Virus record (IMG/VR): IMGVR_UViG_3300033073_001572
Location: 10,418-74,417 of that record
Reading direction: 5' to 3' (one strand)
Length of the DNA stretch: 64,000 nucleotides
DNA from: a virus
Taxonomy: Duplodnaviria; Caudoviricetes
Shown: piece after piece, positions 25,191 through 34,302 of the stretch
Position numbering within the stretch: the stretch's first letter is position 1
How the letters are laid out: each line of letters begins with the position of its first letter
Program-made: the position numbers and the translations under genes
The notes under the pieces: generated by a model
What the model was told of the DNA's origin: nothing
What the model saw: the letters and a program-made list of their open reading frames with translations, nothing else
Database searches by the model: none

Positions 25191-27131
25191 TCAGAGATCA
25201 TTTTTTGTTTTTTTGAAATTCTTGACAATCGACTCAACTTCTGACATTCTTGTGTCACCAAACCTAGATTTCTCATCTAAATATTCGCCTTCATTGTCAT
25301 CGTCATCTAGGTGATCATTTTCATCCATAGGATTTTTGAAAGGATTTATTAAATCACTTTTAGCGCCAAATGGATTAGCAATAGAATCACTCTGCTTTTT
25401 CTTTGAATGAGAAACCAGTTTGAGATGATCTGTTTTCTGACTTAGTGGGCTTACTCTTCTCTTTTTATTTTTTTCTTCTCTTTCAACATAGTTTGGTCCG
25501 GGTGCTGTCTCACCGAGCAAACTCTTCTTAAGAGAGACCTTGTGAACAGGCGCGATAGGTGACCTTGTAGCGAAGTCAATTCTTGTGATGATGTCATCGT
25601 CATCATCATTCTCTTCGAGGTTTAAATCAGATGCTGTTGCACCAAGATCTGCTGAAGGCTCTGGTGCACCAGGTTCTGTTTCTCCGCCAGAGATACCTAC
25701 GTCTTGTTCACCTGCTGCAGGTTCAGGTAGTTTAACTGCCTCGAGCTTGAGTGCCATTTCTTTATCTTTGATGAGGCCCTTGTTGATTTGGTTGATCTCA
25801 TCATCAGACATCATGAAGACATTCTTGCGAATCCATTTCTTATCAACAAGACCTTCAATTCCTGATGCTGACTGTGCAATTGTGAACTTAGTATTATAAA
25901 GTTCTAACTTCTGCTGTTGTGCAATCGTAGAGGGATTTGTAAGCTTCAACTCGAAATCAAGCAGATCGGGACCATCAAAACCATGTGCGTGAAGATGAAT
26001 TATTGCGATCTTATTCAGCTCTGAGAGGATTGTTCGCTGGATTCTGTTGATCGATCTAGAGAATCGAATATCTTCTTGAGACAGTGTTGCTTTTGCGCCA
26101 AGACCTTCATCATAACCAAGATAGGCCTTGGGAATCTTAAGCGCTGCAAAAAGCTTCTTTTGAATATACTGGACATCTTCAACGGCAGCAGCATTAGCTC
26201 CACCGGCAAGTGTCTCAATCTTTGTGCCTGTCGCAGTTCCTCTAACGGGCAAGAAATAGTCTTCGTCTACTGACAGTGGGTTATAACGAAGATCTACTCT
26301 TCCTGTCGACTTATCAACCACCTGATTTTTCTTTAATTGCGCTTGAGCTTGCTCCATATAGTTAGGAATTTCTTCAGGAGGAATATTACCAACATCAATG
26401 TAGAAAACACGACGATCTGGTGCCCTAACAATGCGATAGACAAGCATTGCATCTTCGATGAGTATGAGCTGTCTCCAAATTCTACGTGCTGCTTCGAGAA
26501 CTGACGTTCCATATGGAAGAAATGCATCATTTCCTAGGATTCTAAAGTGGCTTACCTGCCAATTCTCAAGAATCTGGTTGCCTTGTGTCATCCACCTGAA
26601 TCTAACTGCAAGTGGATCATCCTTGTCGAATCCTTCTTCACGCTCTATCTCATTGACTGCGATAGGATAGACATTTATGACACCCTGCTCAGGTGATACG
26701 TCGTTAAAAAGAAAGAAGTCTCCGTATTTGCACATATTTCTAACCCATGAAGTCAAATTAAAGTTGACATTCAGTGTGTCATAAAATAGTTCGTTTAATA
26801 GACTATTAACAGCAGGATTTTCAGAATAGATGTGTAGAACATTTCCATGTTCATCAGGTGCAACTGATTCTTCTGCATAAATGTCAAGTGCACTACAGAT
26901 TTCTGGTGTATACTCCATCTCCTGGAAGTCAGAGTAACGAGCCATTCTATCATATGAGCCATATGCAGACATCGCCGAGCTATAGACATGCGATTGTGTC
27001 TTTCTGAATAGCTCAAATGCTGACGTGTTCTTTGCACTTGGTTGAAAGTCTTTTACTCTTCTCTTTACAACTGGACCGCTTCTAAAGAGTGTCGTAAGTC
27101 GCGTAAAGATGTTCTCTTCTTTTTTGGCCAT
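25191..27131 (-). CDS. Portal protein, T4 gp20-like
   Basis: Start reassigned to ATG 27131 (MAKKEEN, SD AGGA). Motifs WRQLILIEDAMLVYRIVRAPDRRVFYIDVGN, EDYFLPVRG, ALKIPKAYL, QEDIRFSRSINRIQ. Acidic C-terminal extension. Confidence 0.95.
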   Translation of the reverse strand: MAKKEENIFTRLTTLFRSGPVVKRRVKDFQPSAKNTSAFELFRKTQSHVYSSAMSAYGSYDRMARYSDFQEMEYTPEICSALDIYAEESVAPDEHGNVLHIYSENPAVNSLLNELFYDTLNVNFNLTSWVRNMCKYGDFFLFNDVSPEQGVINVYPIAVNEIEREEGFDKDDPLAVRFRWMTQGNQILENWQVSHFRILGNDAFLPYGTSVLEAARRIWRQLILIEDAMLVYRIVRAPDRRVFYIDVGNIPPEEIPNYMEQAQAQLKKNQVVDKSTGRVDLRYNPLSVDEDYFLPVRGTATGTKIETLAGGANAAAVEDVQYIQKKLFAALKIPKAYLGYDEGLGAKATLSQEDIRFSRSINRIQRTILSELNKIAIIHLHAHGFDGPDLLDFELKLTNPSTIAQQQKLELYNTKFTIAQSASGIEGLVDKKWIRKNVFMMSDDEINQINKGLIKDKEMALKLEAVKLPEPAAGEQDVGISGGETEPGAPEPSADLGATASDLNLEENDDDDDIITRIDFATRSPIAPVHKVSLKKSLLGETAPGPNYVEREEKNKKRRVSPLSQKTDHLKLVSHSKKKQSDSIANPFGAKSDLINPFKNPMDENDHLDDDDNEGEYLDEKSRFGDTRMSEVESIVKNFKKTKNDL

Positions 27132-27136
27132 AATTC

Positions 27137-28732
27137 CTACTTGTAAATCCACGCAAGGTCAGGTGGTATATGAAATCTATTAATCGTACGTGTATTAACT
27201 AGGTCACGCCCTGATTCAGCTCTTCGCTTGCTTGCACCTGATAGTAAGTCATTTGATGTTCCATTGAAGTGCTGTGACGTAACTGACATTCCTGCTAGCA
27301 TTGATTGATTCAAAATATTGCTATCTTTCCCGTGTTCTGCTGATGCATCGTAGAGCCATGTCGCAATTGCCATACTCATGACGAGGTCATCGTTCTCTCC
27401 TTTCATTGCTTGAACTCTATTGTCATTCCACACGAATGTCTTTAGTTCATCATAAAACCTAGATGAGTAGGATATAATCTGTTTGTTTCTTATTGTCTCT
27501 TCAAGTTTAGTAAGAATCAAAGATCTTGTCTTTCCACTTGTATTGAATCCAGCTGTAGTTGTCTCTCCAGGTGGAACATAGTCACCCACATAGACAGCAT
27601 TGCTTTTTTGATAATACATCTTTGGATAATTTAAGTCTCTAAGGCGCACAATAGTTGCATACCCGAAACTATTATTTTCTGGACAGAGTAACGCTTTATT
27701 GTATTTTAGACCATACTCGTTAAGAAGGTCTCCAAATCTATCGGGTGCGATTTTACCTCTATATTCAGCAACAATTTCACCTGTCATAAGATCAATGATA
27801 TGAAACGTTGAAAAGTCTTTTCCGTCTCCGCGCGCAACATCTGCTGACATGACGTATTTGTGTTCACTAAGTGGCTGTTTCCAAATCCAGACATTGCGAT
27901 CCATCCCCTCCCGGAGGATAGGATTTTGAATCATCGAATACAGCCACTTAATATCATCGTCACCGAGAAATGTCTCACCCGAGGATGCGAAATCGCAAAG
28001 ATACTCTTGTGCAATTTGTCGAGTTGAGAGGTTTTTTGTTTCTTTGTCAAACCACTCTTGATCACGTTCTGGATGAACATCCCAATTAAGCTTTATTGCT
28101 TTAAACTCATTAAGACCCGCTTCAGCGTCTTTATAAAGCTTGTAATATTGTCCTCCGACGCCATTAGGAGTTGAAAGAAGAATAGCTCTACCGCCTGTTG
28201 TCAGAGTCGGATATAGACCTGTCCAAAGTGTGTCGAAGTCTCTAACGAATGCTGCCTCATCAACAATTAAAAGCGAAAGTGCTTCAGAACGTCCCGCATC
28301 TTCTGACGTTGGAATTGCCTTGATCGTTGATCCGTGGCTAAATTCAACGAGCTGCTTATTATTTGCTGTAACGGTCGGCAAAACCAGCCATGCAGGCAGA
28401 TTGTTAATGATTGTTTTTGTCTTTTTGATGAAATTTTGAGCAACTTGCAATTTAGTTGCAATAATCAGGATATTCTTGTCTTTTTGAAAAAGTGCAAGCC
28501 AGACTGCATATGCTGCTACAAGTGTTGAAAGGCCTAGCTGTCTACCCTTTACAACAATCGTAAATCGATGATCTATGAATTCTTTAACACAATCATCTTG
28601 GAATTGAAATGTCTTGAATGGAATTGTCCCTTTTGTAGGGTGCTGGATCTTTACGTAATTGTTAAAGAAGTAAGACGGATCTCTTCCGCACTTGACAATT
28701 TCACTAACTTGACGTGATTTATTTGTTACCAT
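27137..28732 (-). CDS. terL: Terminase large subunit
   Basis: Walker A region VKGRQLGLST, Walker B LIVDEAAF, LSTPNGVG, QEYLCDF; RNase H nuclease motifs ADVARGDGKDFS and DDLVMS. Confidence 0.95.
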   Translation of the reverse strand: MVTNKSRQVSEIVKCGRDPSYFFNNYVKIQHPTKGTIPFKTFQFQDDCVKEFIDHRFTIVVKGRQLGLSTLVAAYAVWLALFQKDKNILIIATKLQVAQNFIKKTKTIINNLPAWLVLPTVTANNKQLVEFSHGSTIKAIPTSEDAGRSEALSLLIVDEAAFVRDFDTLWTGLYPTLTTGGRAILLSTPNGVGGQYYKLYKDAEAGLNEFKAIKLNWDVHPERDQEWFDKETKNLSTRQIAQEYLCDFASSGETFLGDDDIKWLYSMIQNPILREGMDRNVWIWKQPLSEHKYVMSADVARGDGKDFSTFHIIDLMTGEIVAEYRGKIAPDRFGDLLNEYGLKYNKALLCPENNSFGYATIVRLRDLNYPKMYYQKSNAVYVGDYVPPGETTTAGFNTSGKTRSLILTKLEETIRNKQIISYSSRFYDELKTFVWNDNRVQAMKGENDDLVMSMAIATWLYDASAEHGKDSNILNQSMLAGMSVTSQHFNGTSNDLLSGASKRRAESGRDLVNTRTINRFHIPPDLAWIYK

Positions 28733-28734
28733 AA

Positions 28735-29112
28735 TCAGCCTACAGTATAAACTGCACGTCTCCTATAGTAAGCAGTCCTCTTAGGACTATAAGCAGACAT
28801 GCTGATCAACTCGATTTCATCAGTTGAATCACCTTTCTTTAACTTCAATGTAGAGCCTGCACGTTGCTTAAACTCTTTCTTGACTTCATCGATGAAGTCT
28901 GCAATAAGCTTTTCTGATACGCGCTCTTCTTCCTTGACTTGATCTCTCATGACACGATCTGTGACAAGATTAACAATTGTCGTATATGTCACATTGATGC
29001 GATCACCAGATAAAGTTGTCTTGATTGAAAATGTTTGTGACTTGTTTGTTGATGACTTACCAAATGTCGTGTCTAAAATCTGGCCAAGTATGTTGATATT
29101 GTCAAATGTCAT
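28735..29112 (-). CDS. Hypothetical protein (125 aa)
   Basis: Coupled to neighbours; ILGQILDTTFG...SPKRTAYYRR. Confidence 0.7.
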   Translation of the reverse strand: MTFDNINILGQILDTTFGKSSTNKSQTFSIKTTLSGDRINVTYTTIVNLVTDRVMRDQVKEEERVSEKLIADFIDEVKKEFKQRAGSTLKLKKGDSTDEIELISMSAYSPKRTAYYRRRAVYTVG

Positions 29113-29335
29113 GTTTTTTCCTTCTTACGCTTCGAATTAAGTCTATGCGTTCTTTTTTATACGTATCAATCTCAGATGATTCTGGGCGCCATCCTTCATG
29201 CCAGGAAGACTGGTATGGTTCTGCCCATTTCATTGCACAATTCCTGCAACATTTAAACTTTTTGTAATATAAAAAGTCACTTTTAACATCGAATGAAAAC
29301 TCACAGACAGGACAGAAAAGACCCATATTAGACAT
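29102..29335 (-). CDS. Small Cys-rich (zinc-binding) protein
   Basis: CPVC and CCRNC motifs. The start is probably the MSN/MGL ATG overlapping the SbcCD stop, not the ORF-track start at 29386. Confidence 0.55.
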   Translation of the reverse strand: MSNMGLFCPVCEFSFDVKSDFLYYKKFKCCRNCAMKWAEPYQSSWHEGWRPESSEIDTYKKERIDLIRSVRRKKHDI

Positions 29336-32300
29336 GTGAAACCCTTGCTTTGCCATCATGCGTATCAATGCTAAGAATATTGTCAACTATGTCCTTGATA
29401 GCATCTACATGTGAAATTACCAAGATATTTCTAAAATAAGATTTAAGATTCTGAAGTAGTCTTGCACATGATTCAAGATTGCTATCATCGAGTACACCAA
29501 ATCCCTCATCGATTATTAGCATATCAGACTTAGGTAATGATGAAATATTTGTTAGAGCAACTCTAATTGCAATTGATGCAATCATCTTTTCCATACCAGA
29601 ACCTAGCTCAATTATTCTTCTTCTGTCTCCATAGTTTATGTAAATTTCAATAGAATTTGAATCATCACACTCAATTTCGACAGTAAAACCAGCAATTCCG
29701 CTAAGAATCTTGGAAATTTCTGTATTGATAAGCGGTAAGCTCTTTGAAACTATATTTTGTGGGATTCCCTTTTTAGAAAAGGATGTCTCTAGAAGAGAAA
29801 GAATTTCATATCTCTCGATTGTTGTCTTGAGGTTCTTGATCTGTTGCTCTGTGTTTGTTCTCTTTTCGTCATTACGCCCTAAAGATGCTGCTATGTTAAG
29901 TGACTTCTTCTCAAGATCAGAAATTTCATTTTTAATTTCAATATAGCGCCGCTGGTTTTCAGATTGTCCCTGATTGTCCTGCGTCTCCTTCTTAGATTTG
30001 AGAACATCTAGATTGTGAATTGCATCTTTAAATAATGAACGCTTGCTTTCAATTTTGCTCTCTGTAATCTTTTCCTGGGATTGGTGCTCAACGATTTTAA
30101 TCTTAAGATCATTTTCAAGTTCACCAAGCTTAATCATTTTATCAATCTTGGCCTTGATGTCATCGTGATTTAGTTCACCAATCTTCTCTTGCAAGATGTC
30201 AAGTGTCCGCTGAATTGTTGACCTTGAATCATCATAGACGGAAAGGACTTTCTTGCTATCATGCGCATCTTTGATAAAGACACACGATGGAAATGAATCA
30301 CCACAGGGAACTTCATCAAGAATCTTAATTCTCTTCCTGAGTGCCTCTATTTCACGATCTTTTGATTCGAGATCTTTTAAATTAATTGCAAATTTCATCT
30401 CAAGATCATTTAGATCAGTTTGACGCTTCCTTAGATCGTCAATACTAAACTCATCGAGAACGTCTCTTACCTTCTTGACTTTGCTTTCATAACTTTCAAT
30501 TTTTCCTCTAATTTCCTCTAAGCGTCGCGTCAAATCTTCAATGTCTTTCTCGAGATTGTCAGCTTTGCTTTGTGCTGAATTGATGTCAGAAGTTGTAACA
30601 ATATTCTCGTTGTTTGGCATGCCAAGCGTTGCTTGAACATTTCTTAGATGGCTCAGTCTTGTGGCTGCAGAATTTGCATTTTCTTCTAACGCAGATTTCT
30701 CAGACATCAAATCATTAAGTGCGCCTGTAAGGACATCAATACTTGATGATGCCTTAAGTGTGCTCTTAATTGGGCCTAGATCTTGCTTGACAGCATCAAA
30801 GTATTTATCAAAAATCTCAAGATCTAAAAATCTGCTTAGAATCTGCTTGCGGCTTGTTGACTTCTCATTGATGAACATGTTCATTTGGCCTTGAGGTGCC
30901 AAACATGTATAGAAGAAATCGTCAGATGTTCCGATTAATTTTCTAACAACTTTTTCGGTCTCTCTTCGTTGCTCATCATTAAGATCTTTAGTCACGTCTC
31001 CGGTGCTCTTCTTCTTGAGTGACAGCGTTGTATTAGCCCAGACTTCTCCACGCTTTGGATAATTCTTCGTAGATTCTCTGGTAATTTCATAATCTTCACC
31101 AGAAACCGCAAGGTCGATTTTTGCCTTACATGATTCAGAATCTGCATTGATAATGTGAAGATTCTTCATTGCCCCGCGATCTGACGTATTAAAGAGTGCG
31201 TATACAATTGTTCCGATAATTGATGACTTTCCTGTCCTGTTACGACCAAATATGCCCGTAATTCCTGACAGGTTTTCAAAATTTATTTCGTTCTTCTTGC
31301 CATACGCAAAGACGTTATCAAATTGGAGTCTCTTTAATGACCATTGGACATTTCTTGCAATTTCATCATCAATGATTACAGAGTCATAATACTTGTCAAA
31401 CTCGTCGAGAGCAAGACGAATTTTTTCACTATCAGTGTTCTTATCAAGAAGATAATTTTCAATAACCTTTTTAACAGTGTTCTTGTCTCTAAGGTTTTCA
31501 CTTTTGATGTGTGCAACAGGATTTAATGTTTCAACTTCATTTTGACCATGTCCTTTAAAGACAATCTCTGTAAATGATTTGGACTTACTTGCACTTTCGT
31601 AAAGAGCACGGGTATCGACATCAGATACAGATCTTGGGACAGAAAATCTAACACGAGATTTTTCTGATGCTTTGGTCAGAAGCTTAATTGTGTCTTCGAC
31701 ATTACCTTGCCAATCGACATTTACGTAAGAGTAAGGATTGTCAATTGCATGAAATGAAGTTTTAAACTTATTCTTTGATGTAATGTCCCAAAAAAGGAAG
31801 CCCTTGTCGAGATCTTCACCATAATTTTGCTGGATCGTCGATCCGCAATAAGCAATCGTCTCGGCGTCATTTAGGAATTGTCGACGATGAATGTCACCGA
31901 ACATACCAAAGTCAAACTTTTCGAAAAGATCTAAAGAAACCTCACCTTCAAGTTCATAATCTGAGTCTGATTTTGATCCGCGAACTGCACCGTGGTATAA
32001 GGCGATATTGATGCTTCCACGCTCAGGCTTTACATCTGGCCACGATGTTTCATCAAATGGAGAAAATACACACCACTTGAAACCCTGGACAGGTGCGTCA
32101 TAAACACCAGACTTTTTGAAAAGTCTAATTCTTGGGTTATTTAACGCATTAATGACGGGTGTGATGGCATCTTGACGGTCCTTGTTAAGGAGGAGACCGT
32201 CATGATTTCCCAGGATAACATCAACAGGAGCAATTTCAGATAGACACGTAAACCACCAAGTGAGAATATCGATAAGCTCTGGTGTAATCCCTTGTGTCTT

Positions 32301-32444
32301 AGAGTGAACTATATCACCACCGATATAAATGACGTCAGGATTTAATTTCTTGAGCTTGTCAAATGCAAGAGAAAATACATGACGATATTCATCATGTCTT
32401 GCAAGCCCACGAAAGTGTACGTCGGCAAAATGTGCAATCTTCAT
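29328..32444 (-). CDS. Fused SbcD(Mre11/gp47)-SbcC(Rad50/gp46) nuclease-ATPase
   Basis: Metallophosphoesterase motifs ADVH, GGDIVH, GNHD, YHG, GDIH. Then Walker A GRNRTGKSS, Q-loop PQG, coiled coil, C-x6-C hook-like motif, LGSGME, Walker B IIDEGFGVLD and H-loop ISH, all in one uninterrupted ORF. Confidence 0.92.
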   Translation of the reverse strand: MKIAHFADVHFRGLARHDEYRHVFSLAFDKLKKLNPDVIYIGGDIVHSKTQGITPELIDILTWWFTCLSEIAPVDVILGNHDGLLLNKDRQDAITPVINALNNPRIRLFKKSGVYDAPVQGFKWCVFSPFDETSWPDVKPERGSINIALYHGAVRGSKSDSDYELEGEVSLDLFEKFDFGMFGDIHRRQFLNDAETIAYCGSTIQQNYGEDLDKGFLFWDITSKNKFKTSFHAIDNPYSYVNVDWQGNVEDTIKLLTKASEKSRVRFSVPRSVSDVDTRALYESASKSKSFTEIVFKGHGQNEVETLNPVAHIKSENLRDKNTVKKVIENYLLDKNTDSEKIRLALDEFDKYYDSVIIDDEIARNVQWSLKRLQFDNVFAYGKKNEINFENLSGITGIFGRNRTGKSSIIGTIVYALFNTSDRGAMKNLHIINADSESCKAKIDLAVSGEDYEITRESTKNYPKRGEVWANTTLSLKKKSTGDVTKDLNDEQRRETEKVVRKLIGTSDDFFYTCLAPQGQMNMFINEKSTSRKQILSRFLDLEIFDKYFDAVKQDLGPIKSTLKASSSIDVLTGALNDLMSEKSALEENANSAATRLSHLRNVQATLGMPNNENIVTTSDINSAQSKADNLEKDIEDLTRRLEEIRGKIESYESKVKKVRDVLDEFSIDDLRKRQTDLNDLEMKFAINLKDLESKDREIEALRKRIKILDEVPCGDSFPSCVFIKDAHDSKKVLSVYDDSRSTIQRTLDILQEKIGELNHDDIKAKIDKMIKLGELENDLKIKIVEHQSQEKITESKIESKRSLFKDAIHNLDVLKSKKETQDNQGQSENQRRYIEIKNEISDLEKKSLNIAASLGRNDEKRTNTEQQIKNLKTTIERYEILSLLETSFSKKGIPQNIVSKSLPLINTEISKILSGIAGFTVEIECDDSNSIEIYINYGDRRRIIELGSGMEKMIASIAIRVALTNISSLPKSDMLIIDEGFGVLDDSNLESCARLLQNLKSYFRNILVISHVDAIKDIVDNILSIDTHDGKARVSHV

Positions 32445-32481
32445 ACTTTAATTCTAAACCAATAATTTGGATTTTATCTTT

Positions 32482-32742
32482 TTAATGAGCGCAATCTTTT
32501 ATTTTATGCTTAATGCTACTGATCATGTCGATAACTTTTGGATCATCGATCTCGTTATCATGCATGTCATAGATTGCAATTAGCATATTGATGCATTCAT
32601 AAAGATCATACTTGGGACTAAGTGAGGTGTCATCACGATGTTCAAAATCATCGGCGTCGCCCGGTATTTCTCTTTTATGAAATAAGGCTTCATCATTGAT
32701 GAGTTCAATTAGCTCTCGAAGAGTTTGTGTGTTGTATGGCAT
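32482..32742 (-). CDS. Small acidic protein (86 aa), possible internal head protein
   Basis: Late-promoter motif 5 nt before ATG; N-terminal TLRELIELINDE. Confidence 0.6.
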   Translation of the reverse strand: MPYNTQTLRELIELINDEALFHKREIPGDADDFEHRDDTSLSPKYDLYECINMLIAIYDMHDNEIDDPKVIDMISSIKHKIKDCAH

Positions 32743-32747
32743 ACTAG

Positions 32748-32755
32748 TAATTATC
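32748..32755 (-). promoter_or_regulatory. Putative late promoter (GATAATTA), leaderless spacing
   Basis: GATAATTA-CTAGT-ATG. Confidence 0.55.
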
Positions 32756-33716
32756 AGAACATTGAACCACTTTTGATATTTGAAATCTTATACCTAAATG
32801 AAGATTCAATGCTCCATGGCATGATTTCTTCTTTAGCAGACTCAAGCTGCTCTTTCGACATTTCTGCAATGTCTTTTGCTGCTGACGTGTTCATAACTTT
32901 AACATTACATCCATAAGACGTTAGAAGGTCTGCGATTCGGCCTGTTTTCTTTACCATGTCGTTATCGAGACAGAGAATAACGTCAGCCTCATTGGCGACT
33001 AATTTCTTAAACAACAGAGACCCTTCATTCAGAGAAGAACCCAACAGGCACGTTCCGTTTTCTTTGAGAGCGATTAAATCAAAGATGCCCTCAACAATAT
33101 GAACAGGCTTGTCCCAATCAATGTCAACATCATTAAAGACGATAGATGTTTTATCATAGTTTGCATTAAGATATCGAAGTCTTGCATTGCTATCGACTGC
33201 ACGAGAAACAAAATAATTTACGTCACCCGTGCTATCAAGAGATGCAAATACAGCACGTCGAGAAAATCTCGGGTCTGACGCAACACCAATTCTATACTTC
33301 CACAAATCACTTTCAGATATCTTTCTTGCACTAAGATAACGAAGAATTGCTTTATGATCAGGTGTTAGCTTGTTTCCAAGACTTACAATTGGAGTAAACC
33401 CATCTGGTAGATCTACTCTATCACTTTCAACTTGAATATCTGCTGTTAAAAGTTTGTCATTTATATACTTTAAACGAAACTCTTCAAGTAATTCTCTAGA
33501 TCCGTGCTTTCTAAGCAGACTTACAAGAGTATTGCCTCTTGCTCCACATACCCAGCAGTGAAATTTCCATGTCTCAAGGTTGATTGCTAGTTTTTTCTTG
33601 CCTGGAGACTCGCAACATGGGCAATTGACTGTAATATCATTTCCGTCTCTTGAGATTTGTCCTTTACCGAATGTCTTTTGGACAAAGTTGATTCGTTCTG
33701 TGAACGTAGATGACAT
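32754..33716 (-). CDS. DNA primase (Zn finger + TOPRIM)
   Basis: CPCC...HCWVCG zinc motif; TOPRIM motifs IVEGIFD and LCLDND. Start ATG 33716 is favoured (6 nt after TATGAT); the alternative is GTG 33740. Confidence 0.88.
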   Translation of the reverse strand: MSSTFTERINFVQKTFGKGQISRDGNDITVNCPCCESPGKKKLAINLETWKFHCWVCGARGNTLVSLLRKHGSRELLEEFRLKYINDKLLTADIQVESDRVDLPDGFTPIVSLGNKLTPDHKAILRYLSARKISESDLWKYRIGVASDPRFSRRAVFASLDSTGDVNYFVSRAVDSNARLRYLNANYDKTSIVFNDVDIDWDKPVHIVEGIFDLIALKENGTCLLGSSLNEGSLLFKKLVANEADVILCLDNDMVKKTGRIADLLTSYGCNVKVMNTSAAKDIAEMSKEQLESAKEEIMPWSIESSFRYKISNIKSGSMF

Positions 33717-33723
33717 GTAAAAA

Positions 33724-34302
33724 TCATACGTCTTCTTCACTCAATTTACCATCTCTCAAAAGATTGATGCCTGCTCTGCAGATCACATAAGCATCTGACA
33801 TATCGAAACAAGAAGTTTTAACAGCACCTGTCTTCTTCCTGGGCCAATCGAATATTATTTCTCCTGAGACCCAGTCGAAGATCTTTTCTTTTGTCGTCTT
33901 AGATTTGTCTTTATGATTGATTTTTAAACCAACAGCAGATCTTGCCTTAGTGACATTAATCAAGTCAGGTCTTATACCAAATGTCTGATACGCCATAAAA
34001 GTAACTGCCCCGTTGAACCTAGCTAGCGTATTAATAGTTGCTGCAGATGAAAGACCTGGTCTGAATGCTTGAAGATCCTGTTCTATAAAGATATTCTGTA
34101 TCGTATTGTCTTTTTTCAAATTCTCTAGATATTTTTTTACTTCATCACATTTTTCAAAGAAATCAGAACACTTATCTAGTCTGATATTGTCTAGAAGTAT
34201 TAATTGATTGTCTTGATCTAGTATACAGATTCCAGTGCATGATGTAGATATATCAAGCCCCAAGAACTTAGAAGTCGAATTTAATTCTAAACATGAATTC
34301 AT
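33724..34302 (-). CDS. RuvC-like Holliday junction resolvase
   Basis: LGLDISTSCTG, IFIEQ, DMSDAYVI acidic catalytic pattern. Start position uncertain. Confidence 0.8.
   Translation of the reverse strand: MNSCLELNSTSKFLGLDISTSCTGICILDQDNQLILLDNIRLDKCSDFFEKCDEVKKYLENLKKDNTIQNIFIEQDLQAFRPGLSSAATINTLARFNGAVTFMAYQTFGIRPDLINVTKARSAVGLKINHKDKSKTTKEKIFDWVSGEIIFDWPRKKTGAVKTSCFDMSDAYVICRAGINLLRDGKLSEEDV

Noticed and set aside
25191-33740. Inteins or introns in portal, terminase, SbcCD or primase
   Set aside because: Lengths and motif spacing are ordinary, with no C/S...HN splice motifs or homing endonuclease signatures.
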